Source: an uncultured Nitrososphaerota archaeon
GTDB lineage: Archaea > Asgardarchaeota > Njordarchaeia > Njordarchaeales > Njordarchaeaceae
Reading direction: 5' to 3'
DNA: 64,000 bases
Assembly: GCA_964518475.1 (NCBI GenBank)
Contig: CAZFGR010000001.1
Location: 160,001-224,000, forward strand
Of this stretch, positions 1 to 10,400 are shown piece after piece. The notes under the pieces are model-generated. The model had not been told where the DNA came from and searched no databases. It was given only the letters and a program-made list of their open reading frames with translations. The position numbers were made by a program, and so were the translations under genes. Positions within the stretch are counted from its first letter, which is position 1. Each line of letters opens with the position of its first letter.

Positions 1-909
1 CTAACACTTGCTGACTTCACTAAAGAGGAAATTCTTTACTTACTTGATCTATCTAAGGATTTTAAGAAAAAACTAATGAGAGGAGAACCCCATATATACT
101 TTGCTGGGAAGACTGCAGCACTACTTTTTGAAAAACCAAGTACTAGGACAAGAACATCTTTAGAGGTAGCTTGTGTACACCTTGGTATCCATCCTATTTA
201 TATGCCACGAAGCGAGACCCAACTTGCCCGAGGAGAACCAGTAAAAGACTTTGCGAGGGTTTTAGAGAGATATGTTGATGCAATTATTGCTCGCGTATAT
301 AAACACTCAACACTAGAAGAACTAGCTAAATATGCACGAATACCCGTTATAAATGCATTAAGTGATTACACACATCCTTTGCAAGGCCTTGCTGATTATC
401 TAACAATTATGGAGAAGAAGGGATTCGAAGACACAAAAATAGCTTATGTAGGAGACGGTGACAATAATGTGGCACATACATTACTATTCGGTGCAGCAAT
501 ACTCGGTTTAGAAATTCGGATAGGTTCTCCCAAAGGGTATACACCGAATAAGACCGTGCTTGATCTCGCCGAGAAGCTAGCTAGGAAGAATGGTAATAAG
601 TCTCGAATAATAATCACTAATGACCCTATAGAAGCTGTTAGAAACGCTGACGTAATCTACACAGATGTATGGGTAAGCATGGGTCAGGAAAAAGAAGCAG
701 AAGAGAGGCTTAAAGTATTTGAACCTTTTAGAGTTACTTGGGATCTAGTAAAACATGCCGCAGAAGATTTCATTTTCATGCATTGTCTTCCAAGGCATGA
801 AGAAGTGACTGAAGAAGTATTCGAGTCCTCTCATAGTGTAGTATGGGATCAGGCTGAAAATAGATTACATACTGCAAAGGCAGTAATCGCCGCCTTACTT
901 CCCCATTAA
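1..909 (+). CDS. argF: Ornithine carbamoyltransferase (5'-truncated by window edge)
   Basis: FEKPSTRT, HPLQ, YTDVWVSMG and FMHCLP motifs; the frame is open from base 1 (LTLADFTKEEI...). Confidence 0.95.
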   Translation, partial: LTLADFTKEEILYLLDLSKDFKKKLMRGEPHIYFAGKTAALLFEKPSTRTRTSLEVACVHLGIHPIYMPRSETQLARGEPVKDFARVLERYVDAIIARVYKHSTLEELAKYARIPVINALSDYTHPLQGLADYLTIMEKKGFEDTKIAYVGDGDNNVAHTLLFGAAILGLEIRIGSPKGYTPNKTVLDLAEKLARKNGNKSRIIITNDPIEAVRNADVIYTDVWVSMGQEKEAEERLKVFEPFRVTWDLVKHAAEDFIFMHCLPRHEEVTEEVFESSHSVVWDQAENRLHTAKAVIAALLPH

Positions 910-984
910 TCCTCCCTTTTTATCTCGTGATTTTTAGAACAACAAAATAGCGCTAAAGATTAAAGATTATAAAGGCGTTTCCGA

Positions 985-1317
985 ATGTTGGGAAGAATTA
1001 TAGGAAAGAAAGTATTTACAGTCGATGGAGAAGAAATCGGTATTATAAAGGATCTTATAAGGGACGAGCTAGGGTATGAAATAGCAATCATAAAAACAGT
1101 ATTCAACGAAATCCCCGAAATTAGAACCGTTGCTACAAATCTAAGACGAGCAAAGAGGAATTCTGAAGATATTTATATATTGAGAACTCTCCCTATCAAA
1201 CTCAAACATATATTGAAGGAGATAAAGCGTAGGAAAGAAATTGAGGAATTTGAGAAAAAATTTTTATCCCAGAAAAGAGTGGATGAGGATAAAGGAGAAT
1301 CAAATTCCACGTGTTGA
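985..1317 (+). CDS. PRC-barrel domain protein
   Basis: N-terminal IIGKKVFTVDGEEIGIIKDL is typical of PRC-barrels. Confidence 0.65.
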   Translation: MLGRIIGKKVFTVDGEEIGIIKDLIRDELGYEIAIIKTVFNEIPEIRTVATNLRRAKRNSEDIYILRTLPIKLKHILKEIKRRKEIEEFEKKFLSQKRVDEDKGESNSTC

Positions 1318-1775
1318 TTATGATGAAAAAAACTCCAACACTTCTGCTTCTTATTCTCGCATTAATATTGTACGTGTTAAGTTTAGCTAGTCCTTGGTTA
1401 AGGATATTGTATATGGCGGAGGACACAGTAATCTCCTTGGAAAAAATCTACGTGATTAAAAGCTCCGTTTCTCTACTTTACATAATTAGTTTCATAATCA
1501 TATTTGCAATATTTGTTACAGCAATCGCCTATGTAAAAAATAATCCAGAATACCAAATCCTTAGTGTATTTCTTAGCTTTTTAGCAGTCATGATCTTTAT
1601 AATAGCGTTGTTCGATGGAGTTCTAACATATGCAAACGCTCAATTAAGCACTTACACATCTCCAGATAAGAAAATAAGAGCTATAATCTTCTTAGAGATT
1701 GGAATCTATTTCGTAGTATTAGCAACGTTTCTAAACTCATTATCTCTAGCCCTCGGCGTGTATTCTGAGAAATAA
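1311..1775 (+). CDS. Small integral membrane protein (about 4 TM)
   Basis: Four hydrophobic segments; overlaps the upstream stop. Confidence 0.7.
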   Translation: MLIMMKKTPTLLLLILALILYVLSLASPWLRILYMAEDTVISLEKIYVIKSSVSLLYIISFIIIFAIFVTAIAYVKNNPEYQILSVFLSFLAVMIFIIALFDGVLTYANAQLSTYTSPDKKIRAIIFLEIGIYFVVLATFLNSLSLALGVYSEK

Positions 1776-1803
1776 GAAACAACTAAAAGAGGAAATTCGG
1801 CAC

Positions 1804-3141
1804 TTATACTCCTTTTAATTCTCTTAAAATTGTGACTTGCTTTAGTAATTCATTTGTTCTATCAATGAGATGCCCCCATTTCCCGTATGTGAGGAGAAAG
1901 TGCGCATCTATGCATCTTTCTAAAAACTTTTCAAAGTCTTCAGGTTTCAACTTAACACTCATTTGAGTGGCTTCAATGTCCTCATACGGTCTTGCTGGAC
2001 CCACGATCTTGCCTTCGTACCATATTAACTTATTCTGTTGGAGATCGATCTGAACAATTGTTACGTCCTCACCTATTGGGGGGGGAACACGTATTACACC
2101 ATACACCGGCCTAAATCGATGCTTTAATACTCTTATTTTATCTCTAGACTGTGATAAAAGTGGATTTGCGCATGAGTGAGAAAATACTAATATCTTCTCG
2201 TCCTTTATGATTTTACTAATATCTGCTAACCATACATAGTTTCTAGTTATCTCCTTTAGAAGTAGGATGCCGAAGATTGCGGGGATATCTCTTTGGCAAG
2301 TAATAATATAGCCATCTTCTAGTAATAGGGAGACTGCTAAGCAAGGAGCTACTCCATAATACTTTATAAGATTATAACACTCTATACTAGCGAGCTTTAC
2401 TTTTACTTTTTTACGCTCCATTAATGTGTTGAGTAAGTCCTTAACATTTACATAGATAGTTAATGCCTTTGAAAGACTTTGATCATTTATAGCTTCCGCA
2501 TCATCTATCCAATTTTGTATTCTCCTTATAACTTCTTCTAGGATATCCCTAGGAACAGGCTTAAGAATATTTTTTAACCTAAGAGATTGAACAATATGAT
2601 ACCCTCTAGGAACTCTAACGCCGGTTGTAGGACCAAGTAGTAAGATCTTATGAGATGCGTATGCATAATCTATAGCTTTAGAGATCACCGCAAACTCTTG
2701 GATAGGTTTTATGTCTTCATATACTATTGGAACTGGTATTGGGGTATTAAGGAGATTCTGTATTCTTGATTTCGTATTTAAAGCGCTAGCTAATGAATTG
2801 AATTTGCCAAATGCCCATACTAGAAAAGGTTTTGCCTTAGTTATGTTTATCAACACCTCTAGCGCTAACTTGCTAGTACCCCCAGTTAAATGCATCAGAA
2901 CGATTCCATGGACATCCTCTATCATAGCGTTTATACGTGATAATGCCTTGTCTATATTTTTTTCATCAATAATCTCAGGGAAAAAAGCTATATCGATACC
3001 TCTCAACAATGATTCACTATTCTCTCTCCACTGTTTAAGTAACTCTATTACCTCTTCACGCGGAACAACATTAGATGCCAAGGGAATGATTAGAATCCTA
3101 GGTAATTCTCCCGAAATCGTCACTTTAATCCTCTCCCACAC
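1804..3141 (-). CDS. L-fucose/L-arabinose isomerase-like protein (divergent)
   Basis: TGGT, PCLAVSLL, CQRD (family CEGD-like) and C-terminal H-x-x-L-x-YG motifs. Confidence 0.55.
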   Translation of the reverse strand: MWERIKVTISGELPRILIIPLASNVVPREEVIELLKQWRENSESLLRGIDIAFFPEIIDEKNIDKALSRINAMIEDVHGIVLMHLTGGTSKLALEVLINITKAKPFLVWAFGKFNSLASALNTKSRIQNLLNTPIPVPIVYEDIKPIQEFAVISKAIDYAYASHKILLLGPTTGVRVPRGYHIVQSLRLKNILKPVPRDILEEVIRRIQNWIDDAEAINDQSLSKALTIYVNVKDLLNTLMERKKVKVKLASIECYNLIKYYGVAPCLAVSLLLEDGYIITCQRDIPAIFGILLLKEITRNYVWLADISKIIKDEKILVFSHSCANPLLSQSRDKIRVLKHRFRPVYGVIRVPPPIGEDVTIVQIDLQQNKLIWYEGKIVGPARPYEDIEATQMSVKLKPEDFEKFLERCIDAHFLLTYGKWGHLIDRTNELLKQVTILRELKGV

Positions 3142-3400
3142 TGAAGTATCTTCGCTCTCTCGTTAATTTCTCAATTACACGCTCTTTTGGCGCTCCAACT
3201 TCCACATGAATTAGACCATCTATTTCAAGTTGCATTAAGGCTCTGTTTAGAACTGTAGAGGAGACCTCGCCATAAATCTTTTTCAGTTCATCTCTCAAAG
3301 TACTTTCTGTTATTCTTCCATGATGTTTTTCTAAAATTTCGAGAATTGCTATCTTGATTGGTTTGGCGAACCATACAGATATGCCTTTCCTCTCTACCAT
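3125..3400 (-). CDS. Small winged-helix DNA-binding protein
   Basis: LNRALMQLEIDGLIHV wHTH pattern; start taken at MVERKG. Confidence 0.65.
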   Translation of the reverse strand: MVERKGISVWFAKPIKIAILEILEKHHGRITESTLRDELKKIYGEVSSTVLNRALMQLEIDGLIHVEVGAPKERVIEKLTRERRYFSVGED

Positions 3401-3694
3401 CTTGTATCCCTCGCTTCTTATTCTTCCTAAAACTAACATTATAGAAAACTAAGTATCTTTCTTAGCATTGAAAAATTATAGGCAATTCACAGCGTCGAGG
3501 TATCTCGGGACGATTTGATTCGTATATTTATTTAGGATTAAACGCTATAAGGTAGGAGATAAATTCGCTTATTTATTTGAGGAATAACGACTTAAGCTCC
3601 TACTACTCTTAGAATAGTTTTGATACCAATATTATTCTTCACCTAATGAGACAGAAAGTCTTGTGTTTTTAATATCTTTGAAACGAAACAAATT

Positions 3695-4600
3695 TCAAGA
3701 AAGTGAAAACTTGGCTTTGATTGCATTTGTTGGGCATGCTTCAGCGCACATTAAACACATGATGCATTGAGGGTGTCTTATATCGCTTTTGAACGACAGA
3801 ATAGGAATATTAAGTAAGCAATTTTTCTCACAAAGTCTGCAATGCTCGCCAAGACATTTTTTGGGATCAACATAAATTTTCAGAAAGCTGTACTGGCTAC
3901 CTAGACCCATTAATCCTCCTAGAGGACAGAAAGTTCTGCACCAGAATCGTGGAAGATAGTAGTTTGACAGTATTGCGATGATTATTATGAAAATTCTAAA
4001 CCAGAAAACGCCAGGATATTTTGTTAGTTGAGAGAGATCTTGGAAAGTTTTAGGATACAATCTCCAGTAGATATACCAGAAGAGCATACTAAACAAGCTA
4101 GACGTAGGATCAATTATTGTTGATGGTTCTCTACTAAATTCTCCAAAATAAGATGCGATGCTGGTTCCTATAGCTTCGTTGTAACCAATAGAGAAATCAA
4201 TGAACAAGAATAAAGCTGCCACGAACAAGGATATTTTGAAAAGCCCTATGTTTGTTTTGTTGGACACTCTCATCTTTCGACCTAAATATGATGTTAAGTC
4301 ACTTATGAATCCAAATGGGCAAACCCACCCACAGAAAAATCTTCCAAATATTAGTGATCCGAGGGAGATAACAGCGATTGCTAAGTACGGGAATATAGCC
4401 GCGGTCACCATTATCTCTAGTAATTGCCAAGCTCCCATCACTGTAGTATAGGGATTACCTGCGGGAATCATTACTGGGAGGACTATCACTGATGCGGCTA
4501 TACCAAATACGCCGCCAAATATCACGAAGAATGATATAAATTGAATGATGCTCCTAATTATAGTTATTCTTTTAGAAGGTTCATTTTCTTTCTGCATCAT
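3695..4600 (-). CDS. Membrane polyferredoxin, NapH/YccM-like 4Fe-4S protein
   Basis: GRFFCGWVCPFG, WCRTFCPLG and C-terminal CxxCxxCxxxCP motifs; TM helices. Confidence 0.9.
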   Translation of the reverse strand: MMQKENEPSKRITIIRSIIQFISFFVIFGGVFGIAASVIVLPVMIPAGNPYTTVMGAWQLLEIMVTAAIFPYLAIAVISLGSLIFGRFFCGWVCPFGFISDLTSYLGRKMRVSNKTNIGLFKISLFVAALFLFIDFSIGYNEAIGTSIASYFGEFSREPSTIIDPTSSLFSMLFWYIYWRLYPKTFQDLSQLTKYPGVFWFRIFIIIIAILSNYYLPRFWCRTFCPLGGLMGLGSQYSFLKIYVDPKKCLGEHCRLCEKNCLLNIPILSFKSDIRHPQCIMCLMCAEACPTNAIKAKFSLS

Positions 4601-4618
4601 TTTTTAGTCACCTCTAAC

Positions 4619-4774
4619 TTAAAGAGCTTTTGGTAAACCTCCATTTTCATACTCAATTAGCTTTGAGAGGATTTCTTTCACTATTTCCCATTGCTTGTAT
4701 TTGATGGCCATTACTAAGGAGATGACTCCTATAATCACCAATAGGGCTCTAATACTTATCTTACGGAAACTCAT
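4619..4774 (-). CDS. 51-aa single-TM protein (not in ORF track)
   Basis: MSFRKISIRALLVIIGVISLVMAIKYKQWEIVKEILSKLIEYENGGLPKAL; GGTG upstream; fills the gap between co-oriented genes. Confidence 0.7.
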   Translation of the reverse strand: MSFRKISIRALLVIIGVISLVMAIKYKQWEIVKEILSKLIEYENGGLPKAL

Positions 4775-4783
4775 AGAGGCACC

Positions 4784-5800
4784 TTAGAAAAGTCCGCTAA
4801 TGATATCCCAGCTATACCTAAGAAATTTCTCTCTTGCATCCCTTATATTTTTTAGCATCTTATCGAAGGAGTATTTATTGCTCAGTTCCTTTAATTTTAG
4901 GAGACTAGGATCGTACCCTACTAGCCCTGGAAGACCTCCTTCAATTTCTTCTGGCGGGGATTCTAAGAATTTTTTCTCAGTAATAAGTATTTTGTTGAAG
5001 GTCTCTGGAAGCGCTGAAAGAAATTCAACATCATCAATAACTGCTGGAGCAGATTTTCCAGTTCTGATCATCTTAAAGAACTCCCTTATTACTTCTTTTT
5101 CTTCAGAGAATATCCGCGAATATATACGTGATATAAATGCAGAACGGGTCTGATTATAGCCCGGTGTTCTAAAGTCGATTATGTATACTAATTGACGAAT
5201 TCTTTCGGATACTTCGCTTACAATTTTTGGTGGGCTAGAAAGAGCAGTTTCATACGTAGTATAGAGCATTAATACTCCATGGATTAATTTTGAGTATGTT
5301 ATTGGCTCCTTAGCGTTTTTTAGATAGAACTTGCAGTAATAAACTCCAGGACCCAAGATGAGAATAGCATCCCGACCATACACAGTTTGCCAAGTGATCT
5401 CCTTACTAGAAAGGAGAATAACCTTACTATCGATTATGCGTGATATTACACGACCTTTAAAAGCTCCCATCCACTTAGCTTGAACAAGATCACGCCATTT
5501 TGGAAAAATTATCAGTTTTAATCCCTGCATTAATTCTCTCTTTATAGTAGATATTTCGTGACGAATACGGGCTAGTTCTCTATCTAGAATCGTTCTTGCC
5601 ATGGATACCGACGTTTTTTCACTCTTAACAATCTCGGAAAAAAACCACTCTACTTCTTCCCGTGTCAGAAATTGAGTCTTCTTTATCTCTTCTAAAGTGC
5701 GAATATCTAAAAGCAAGTCTCGGAGAGTCTCTAATACTCTTTCCTTATTCGTTAAATCGATCAATTTCCTTTCAAGATCAATAGTGCTCATTATGCCCAT
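4784..5800 (-). CDS. Hypothetical protein
   Basis: 338-aa ORF with protein-like composition; no recognised motif. Confidence 0.7.
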   Translation of the reverse strand: MGIMSTIDLERKLIDLTNKERVLETLRDLLLDIRTLEEIKKTQFLTREEVEWFFSEIVKSEKTSVSMARTILDRELARIRHEISTIKRELMQGLKLIIFPKWRDLVQAKWMGAFKGRVISRIIDSKVILLSSKEITWQTVYGRDAILILGPGVYYCKFYLKNAKEPITYSKLIHGVLMLYTTYETALSSPPKIVSEVSERIRQLVYIIDFRTPGYNQTRSAFISRIYSRIFSEEKEVIREFFKMIRTGKSAPAVIDDVEFLSALPETFNKILITEKKFLESPPEEIEGGLPGLVGYDPSLLKLKELSNKYSFDKMLKNIRDAREKFLRYSWDIISGLF

Positions 5801-5961
5801 CTCATAGTAATCCTTTTTAGTCAGTAAGGAAACTCACTAATCCTCCTAAAGTGTATTTGATAAATTTAAATCCATAAATCAGTCTTAGCATTAACCAATA
5901 TATCGTTATTTGAAAGAATTAATCATGATCGGAGGAAAAGTTGTTCATTGGGTGAAAAAGT

Positions 5962-7002
5962 ATGCCGAAATATCACGCTCCAAGACGAGGATCGCTAGGG
6001 TTCGTTAGGAAAAGGGCCAGCAGAATATATCCACGTGTATCTACGTGGCCAAAAATTGATGAAGTAGTCCCACTAGGTTTCCCCGCTTATAAGGTTGGTA
6101 TGGTATCGGTTCAAGAACTTTATGAGAGGCCGGGTAGCCTATTTCATGGTATTAAAAGAATGATTGCAGCAACGGTTCTTGAAGCACCACCTATTCGAGT
6201 TATGGGGGTTCGTGTGTACAAATTGACGGCTTACGGATATCAAACTATTGGGGAAATCTGGACACCAGATATAACAGATTTCGAGCGAAAATATCTGGGA
6301 CGAAAAGTAACACTGCCTAAGAAAGAAACATTAAGCGAAGAAGCAGTTAATGAAAGAAAGGAGAAATTCTTGGAAATGGCTAAGATGGGTGAAATTGATA
6401 GGGTAAGGTTAATAATAAGGACAAGACCTGAATTGACAGGAATAGGTAAAAAGAAGCCAGAAGTTATGGAAATTCAGGTAGGCGGGCCCGTATTAGATGC
6501 TTTACAATATGCGTTAGATAAACTAGGAAAAGAAATATCTGTCACAGATGTGTTGAAACCAGGACAATTAGTTGATATCATTGGAGTTACTAAAGGGAAG
6601 GGGTTCCAAGGCGTTGTTAAACGTTTTGGAGTGAAAATTTTGCCTCCTAAAACCAAGAAAGAGAAGAGAGCAGTGGGTTCGCTTGGCCCATGGACTCCGG
6701 GTAGAGTTGCTTGGACAGTGCCTCGATATGGCCAACTAGGATTCTTCAAGAGAACGGAGTATAATAAGCAAATACTAGCTATAATAACAGGTGATGAAAT
6801 TGAGAAATTGAATCCAAAAAGTGGATGGATGCATTATGGAGTGATTCGTAACCCAGCAGTAATTATCAGAGGATCAACGTTTGGTCCACCAAAGCGTATG
6901 ATCTTCTTAAGATATGCGATAAGACCAAGCTTTCAGCCTAGAGAACCTAAGATCTTCGCGATATACTATTCTAAGGAACAGTTACCCATAACTATTAGTT
7001 AG
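5962..7002 (+). CDS. rpl3: 50S ribosomal protein uL3
   Basis: APRRGSLG, YKVGM, TKGKGFQGVVKRFG, RTEYNK. Confidence 0.98.
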   Translation: MPKYHAPRRGSLGFVRKRASRIYPRVSTWPKIDEVVPLGFPAYKVGMVSVQELYERPGSLFHGIKRMIAATVLEAPPIRVMGVRVYKLTAYGYQTIGEIWTPDITDFERKYLGRKVTLPKKETLSEEAVNERKEKFLEMAKMGEIDRVRLIIRTRPELTGIGKKKPEVMEIQVGGPVLDALQYALDKLGKEISVTDVLKPGQLVDIIGVTKGKGFQGVVKRFGVKILPPKTKKEKRAVGSLGPWTPGRVAWTVPRYGQLGFFKRTEYNKQILAIITGDEIEKLNPKSGWMHYGVIRNPAVIIRGSTFGPPKRMIFLRYAIRPSFQPREPKIFAIYYSKEQLPITIS

Positions 7003-7035
7003 AGATCTCATGCATCAGTTTTGGGGTGAGTAGCG

Positions 7036-7866
7036 GTGAAAGTTGGCGTGTATGATCTTTCGGGAAGAAAAATTGAAGAGATAGAATTACCAAAAGTTTT
7101 TCAGACTCCAGTTCGCCCAGATCTCATTTGGAGAGCGTTTCTCGCTATCATGTCTGAAAAATATCAGCCTAAAGGTAAAAGTCCTCTAGCCGGTAAAAAA
7201 CATGTAGTCGAGAGCCCAGGAACGGGATACGATATATCAAGGGTATCTAGAACTGGAGGAGGATTCGGTATAGCTAGATTTATCGCATTAGCAGTTGGTG
7301 GACGCAAGGTTAGGGCTCCAAAATCAAATAAGGTAATTATTGAAAAGATAAACAAGAAAGAAAAGTTGAGAGCTTTAGAGAGTGCTATAGCAGCTACGGC
7401 AGATCCTATCTTAATACAGATGAGGGGACACAAACTAGGAGATGTGAGAGAAGTTCCAATTGTGATAAGTGATGATTTTGAATTATTAAAGAAAACATCA
7501 GAGGTACGTAAAACCCTTTATGTGCTCGGACTAAAGGAGGATCTGGAGAGAGCTTCAGAGGGAAGACGAGTAAGAGCGGGTAAAGGAAAAAGACGGGGAA
7601 GAAAATACAAGCGGAGAAAGGGACCACTAATAGTTGTATCTGGTGAACATGAGGAAATTATTAAGGCAGCAAGAAATATTGAAGGAGTCGATGTAGTACC
7701 AGTTAATTACCTAAGCGTAGTTCATCTCGCTCCTGGGGGGCATCCAGGCAGATTAACTATCTGGACAAAGAAAGCTATTGAAGCAATTCAGAAAAGAATA
7801 GATGACCAATGGGCACGGCTAAGAAGAACTAAAGAAGAAAAAGTCATCATGAAAGCAACTGTCTAA
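7036..7866 (+). CDS. rpl4: 50S ribosomal protein uL4
   Basis: [37 protein letters not shown]. Confidence 0.98.
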   Translation: MKVGVYDLSGRKIEEIELPKVFQTPVRPDLIWRAFLAIMSEKYQPKGKSPLAGKKHVVESPGTGYDISRVSRTGGGFGIARFIALAVGGRKVRAPKSNKVIIEKINKKEKLRALESAIAATADPILIQMRGHKLGDVREVPIVISDDFELLKKTSEVRKTLYVLGLKEDLERASEGRRVRAGKGKRRGRKYKRRKGPLIVVSGEHEEIIKAARNIEGVDVVPVNYLSVVHLAPGGHPGRLTIWTKKAIEAIQKRIDDQWARLRRTKEEKVIMKATV

Positions 7867-7879
7867 GGAAGGAAGGTGT

Positions 7880-8209
7880 GTGATAATGGCGAAAGATAAG
7901 AAAGCGAAAGTAAAAACTAGGGCAGTACTTAGAAGAGCTCTTAAAATAGATGATCCCTTCAAAGTAATTAAGAGGATAGTAATTACCGAAAAAGCGATTG
8001 AACTAATTCAAAGAGAAAACAAACTAACACTTATAGTGGATAGAAGAGCTAATAAACCAACAATAAAGAGAGTAGTGGAAAATCTCTTTGATGTAGAAGT
8101 CGAGAAAGTAAACACAATGATAACACCTGAGGGGGAAAAAAAAGCAATTGTGAAGTTAGCGAAGGATTACTCGGCGATAGAGATAGCGTCTAATCTAGGA
8201 ATCCTCTAG
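7880..8209 (+). CDS. rpl23: 50S ribosomal protein uL23
   Basis: [27 protein letters not shown]. Confidence 0.97.
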   Translation: MIMAKDKKAKVKTRAVLRRALKIDDPFKVIKRIVITEKAIELIQRENKLTLIVDRRANKPTIKRVVENLFDVEVEKVNTMITPEGEKKAIVKLAKDYSAIEIASNLGIL

Positions 8210-8448
8210 TTCTGTATATTTTTCCCCCACATTAAATCTGTTGGGTACAAAACATTTTTAGAAAAATTGATATTATGTGTCTGATAAACTGTTCTTATTG
8301 ACTAGCTTGTAGCAAGTTGGGTGGTCTCTGATTTTTATTATAATTTGTCGGGATAAATATGCATTCTCCCTGATCATATGTCAATGCTTAGTTTTTTATC
8401 CAGAAGGTACTGCGATTCAAAGAGATTTAAGCTAATTGAGGTGACTTA

Positions 8449-9510
8449 ATGAGACTTCTTGCGGAGACGGAGGAATTTTTCCAGGAATATGCTGCTAAAG
8501 AATTATCACTTATCCTTAGTAAAGAAGTACTAAAGCATGAATACCTGAAAAATATGGTTACCGTCAATACTGATACTCTGACACGAGATTTGGTACTGAT
8601 CACTTTCTTCAGCCATTCCATTTACCGATTTTACCTAGAAGTCGCAGAGCTAATAGTTGAGTCACCTAATGATATGTATAGAAAAGCATTAGAAATCAAT
8701 TGGCACGAATTCTGGGATCCTTCCCAGACTTTCGCCATTAGACCATTCACAGAAAAGCGCGCCATCGAAAGAGATATTGGCGTAAAAGTAGGTCAAGCCA
8801 TTGTGGACGCCTTTTTAAAAGAAACGGGTAAGCGACCAAAAGTGAGACTAGAAAATCCCGATATAGAAATAATGGCTTGGTTAAAAGACGAAAAGTTACT
8901 TTTAGGCATTAATATGTGTGGAGAACCCCTAAACGACCCAGAAATATTATTTGCGCGAAATTTGCTTTTTATTAGTAATTGGGACGAAAAAAGCGATTTA
9001 GCAGAAGTTTTTTGTGATGGAGTAGCGATTTCAGCTCTAAGATTAGCGGTTCGGGACCCGCATAGAGAAAAAATCTTGAAAAGGACTTTCATCAAAACAA
9101 AGATAGTTAATAAAGAGGAAATACTCGAATTAATGAGAACCAATTGGCGAAGAAATTTAGGTGAATTAACAATTAATTGTTATGAAAGAGCAAATAGGAT
9201 CGAAATCGTAAAACAAGAGAATCCGGAAATAAGAAAAGTAGGAATAAGAAGACTTGAAGATTTAAGAATTTCTACAGAGAAATACATCCTCTCGAATACT
9301 TTCTTCGTGATTGAAAAGAAGAGTGAAGAGAAAGAATGGCTTGACAAAATATTTAATCTATTGAAAAATAACGATAGTTGGGAGACGATGTGTGTTTGTG
9401 CTCTCTCAGAGGCTTTCCCACAGGATTATATTGGAGAAAAACTTTATGAACTGAACATTAAATTTAAAGGCAAGAGCGGGAAGATAGTGTGTCTAAGTAA
9501 CAATAGGTGA
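8449..9510 (+). CDS. THUMP-domain protein, Trm14-like with degenerate methyltransferase domain
   Basis: TFAIR...VGQAIVD...PKVRLENPDIEI THUMP signature; no clear SAM-binding motif. Confidence 0.65.
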   Translation: MRLLAETEEFFQEYAAKELSLILSKEVLKHEYLKNMVTVNTDTLTRDLVLITFFSHSIYRFYLEVAELIVESPNDMYRKALEINWHEFWDPSQTFAIRPFTEKRAIERDIGVKVGQAIVDAFLKETGKRPKVRLENPDIEIMAWLKDEKLLLGINMCGEPLNDPEILFARNLLFISNWDEKSDLAEVFCDGVAISALRLAVRDPHREKILKRTFIKTKIVNKEEILELMRTNWRRNLGELTINCYERANRIEIVKQENPEIRKVGIRRLEDLRISTEKYILSNTFFVIEKKSEEKEWLDKIFNLLKNNDSWETMCVCALSEAFPQDYIGEKLYELNIKFKGKSGKIVCLSNNR

Positions 9511-9515
9511 TCATC

Positions 9516-10001
9516 ATGAGTGAAGAAGCGGGAAATGTGGTTAGTACAGAATCTGAGACAAAACAGGAGATTGAGATACCAAGACCTGAAGTTAGTCGAC
9601 AGAGAAAAATTGTACTCGCAGCTGGTAAGCGAAAAACAGCGATTGCCAGAGCAGTAATAATGCCAGGTACAGGCATCGTAAGAATTAATGGTAGAAGACT
9701 AGAGGCCATAGAAAACCCATGGGTAAGAGCTATCATTGAGGAGCCACTTCTTCTTATAGGTCCCCTTAGAAACAAGATTAATATCAAAGTTAGAGTTCAT
9801 GGAGGTGGAGTTTCTGGTCAAGCACAAGCTGCGAGAATAGCCATAGCAAGAGCCATAGTACGATACTTTAATGACCCCCGGATAGAGGAATTATTTAAAC
9901 AATACGATAGATACATGCTGGTAGGTGATCCAAGACGAAAAGAGATGAAGAAATTCGGTGGACCTGGAGCTCGCGCGAGATTCCAGACAAGCTATAGGTG
10001 A
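9516..10001 (+). CDS. rps9: 30S ribosomal protein uS9
   Basis: GKRKTAIARA, GGGVSGQA, DPRRKEMKKFGGPGARARFQTSYR. Confidence 0.98.
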   Translation: MSEEAGNVVSTESETKQEIEIPRPEVSRQRKIVLAAGKRKTAIARAVIMPGTGIVRINGRRLEAIENPWVRAIIEEPLLLIGPLRNKINIKVRVHGGGVSGQAQAARIAIARAIVRYFNDPRIEELFKQYDRYMLVGDPRRKEMKKFGGPGARARFQTSYR

Positions 10002-10082
10002 AAGCAATTACATATTTTCTCTTTTGAAATAAAAAGCTCTCTAAATCTCTCTCCATAACATATTTTTGGAGTCATTAAATAA

Positions 10083-10400
10083 TTAATTCCTGATACTACT
10101 AACTACTTTTTTCACAACAACTACCAAGATAGCGCTTTTTCCAGGAATGATATAGAGACTAAAATCACCTATCCTAACAGAACAAGTCAAGATCTTTCCT
10201 TCATTTAAAGTATCAGATAATTTTACCACTTCTTTAACTATGTCAAGTGTAAGAATCGCCATAGCGTCTCTTGCTTCATCATTTCTTATATCTGAAGAAA
10301 TGGGGAAACCATCCCAATCCAATAGAATTACACCTAAAGCCCCTTTCACCCTATTTCGAATCTCTTTACTTATCTCATCGAACTGGATCATCATCATCAA
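10083..10400 (-). CDS. Roadblock/LC7 domain protein
   Basis: VKGALGVILLDWDGFPISS pattern, about 105 aa. Confidence 0.8.
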   Translation of the reverse strand: MMMMIQFDEISKEIRNRVKGALGVILLDWDGFPISSDIRNDEARDAMAILTLDIVKEVVKLSDTLNEGKILTCSVRIGDFSLYIIPGKSAILVVVVKKVVSSIRN

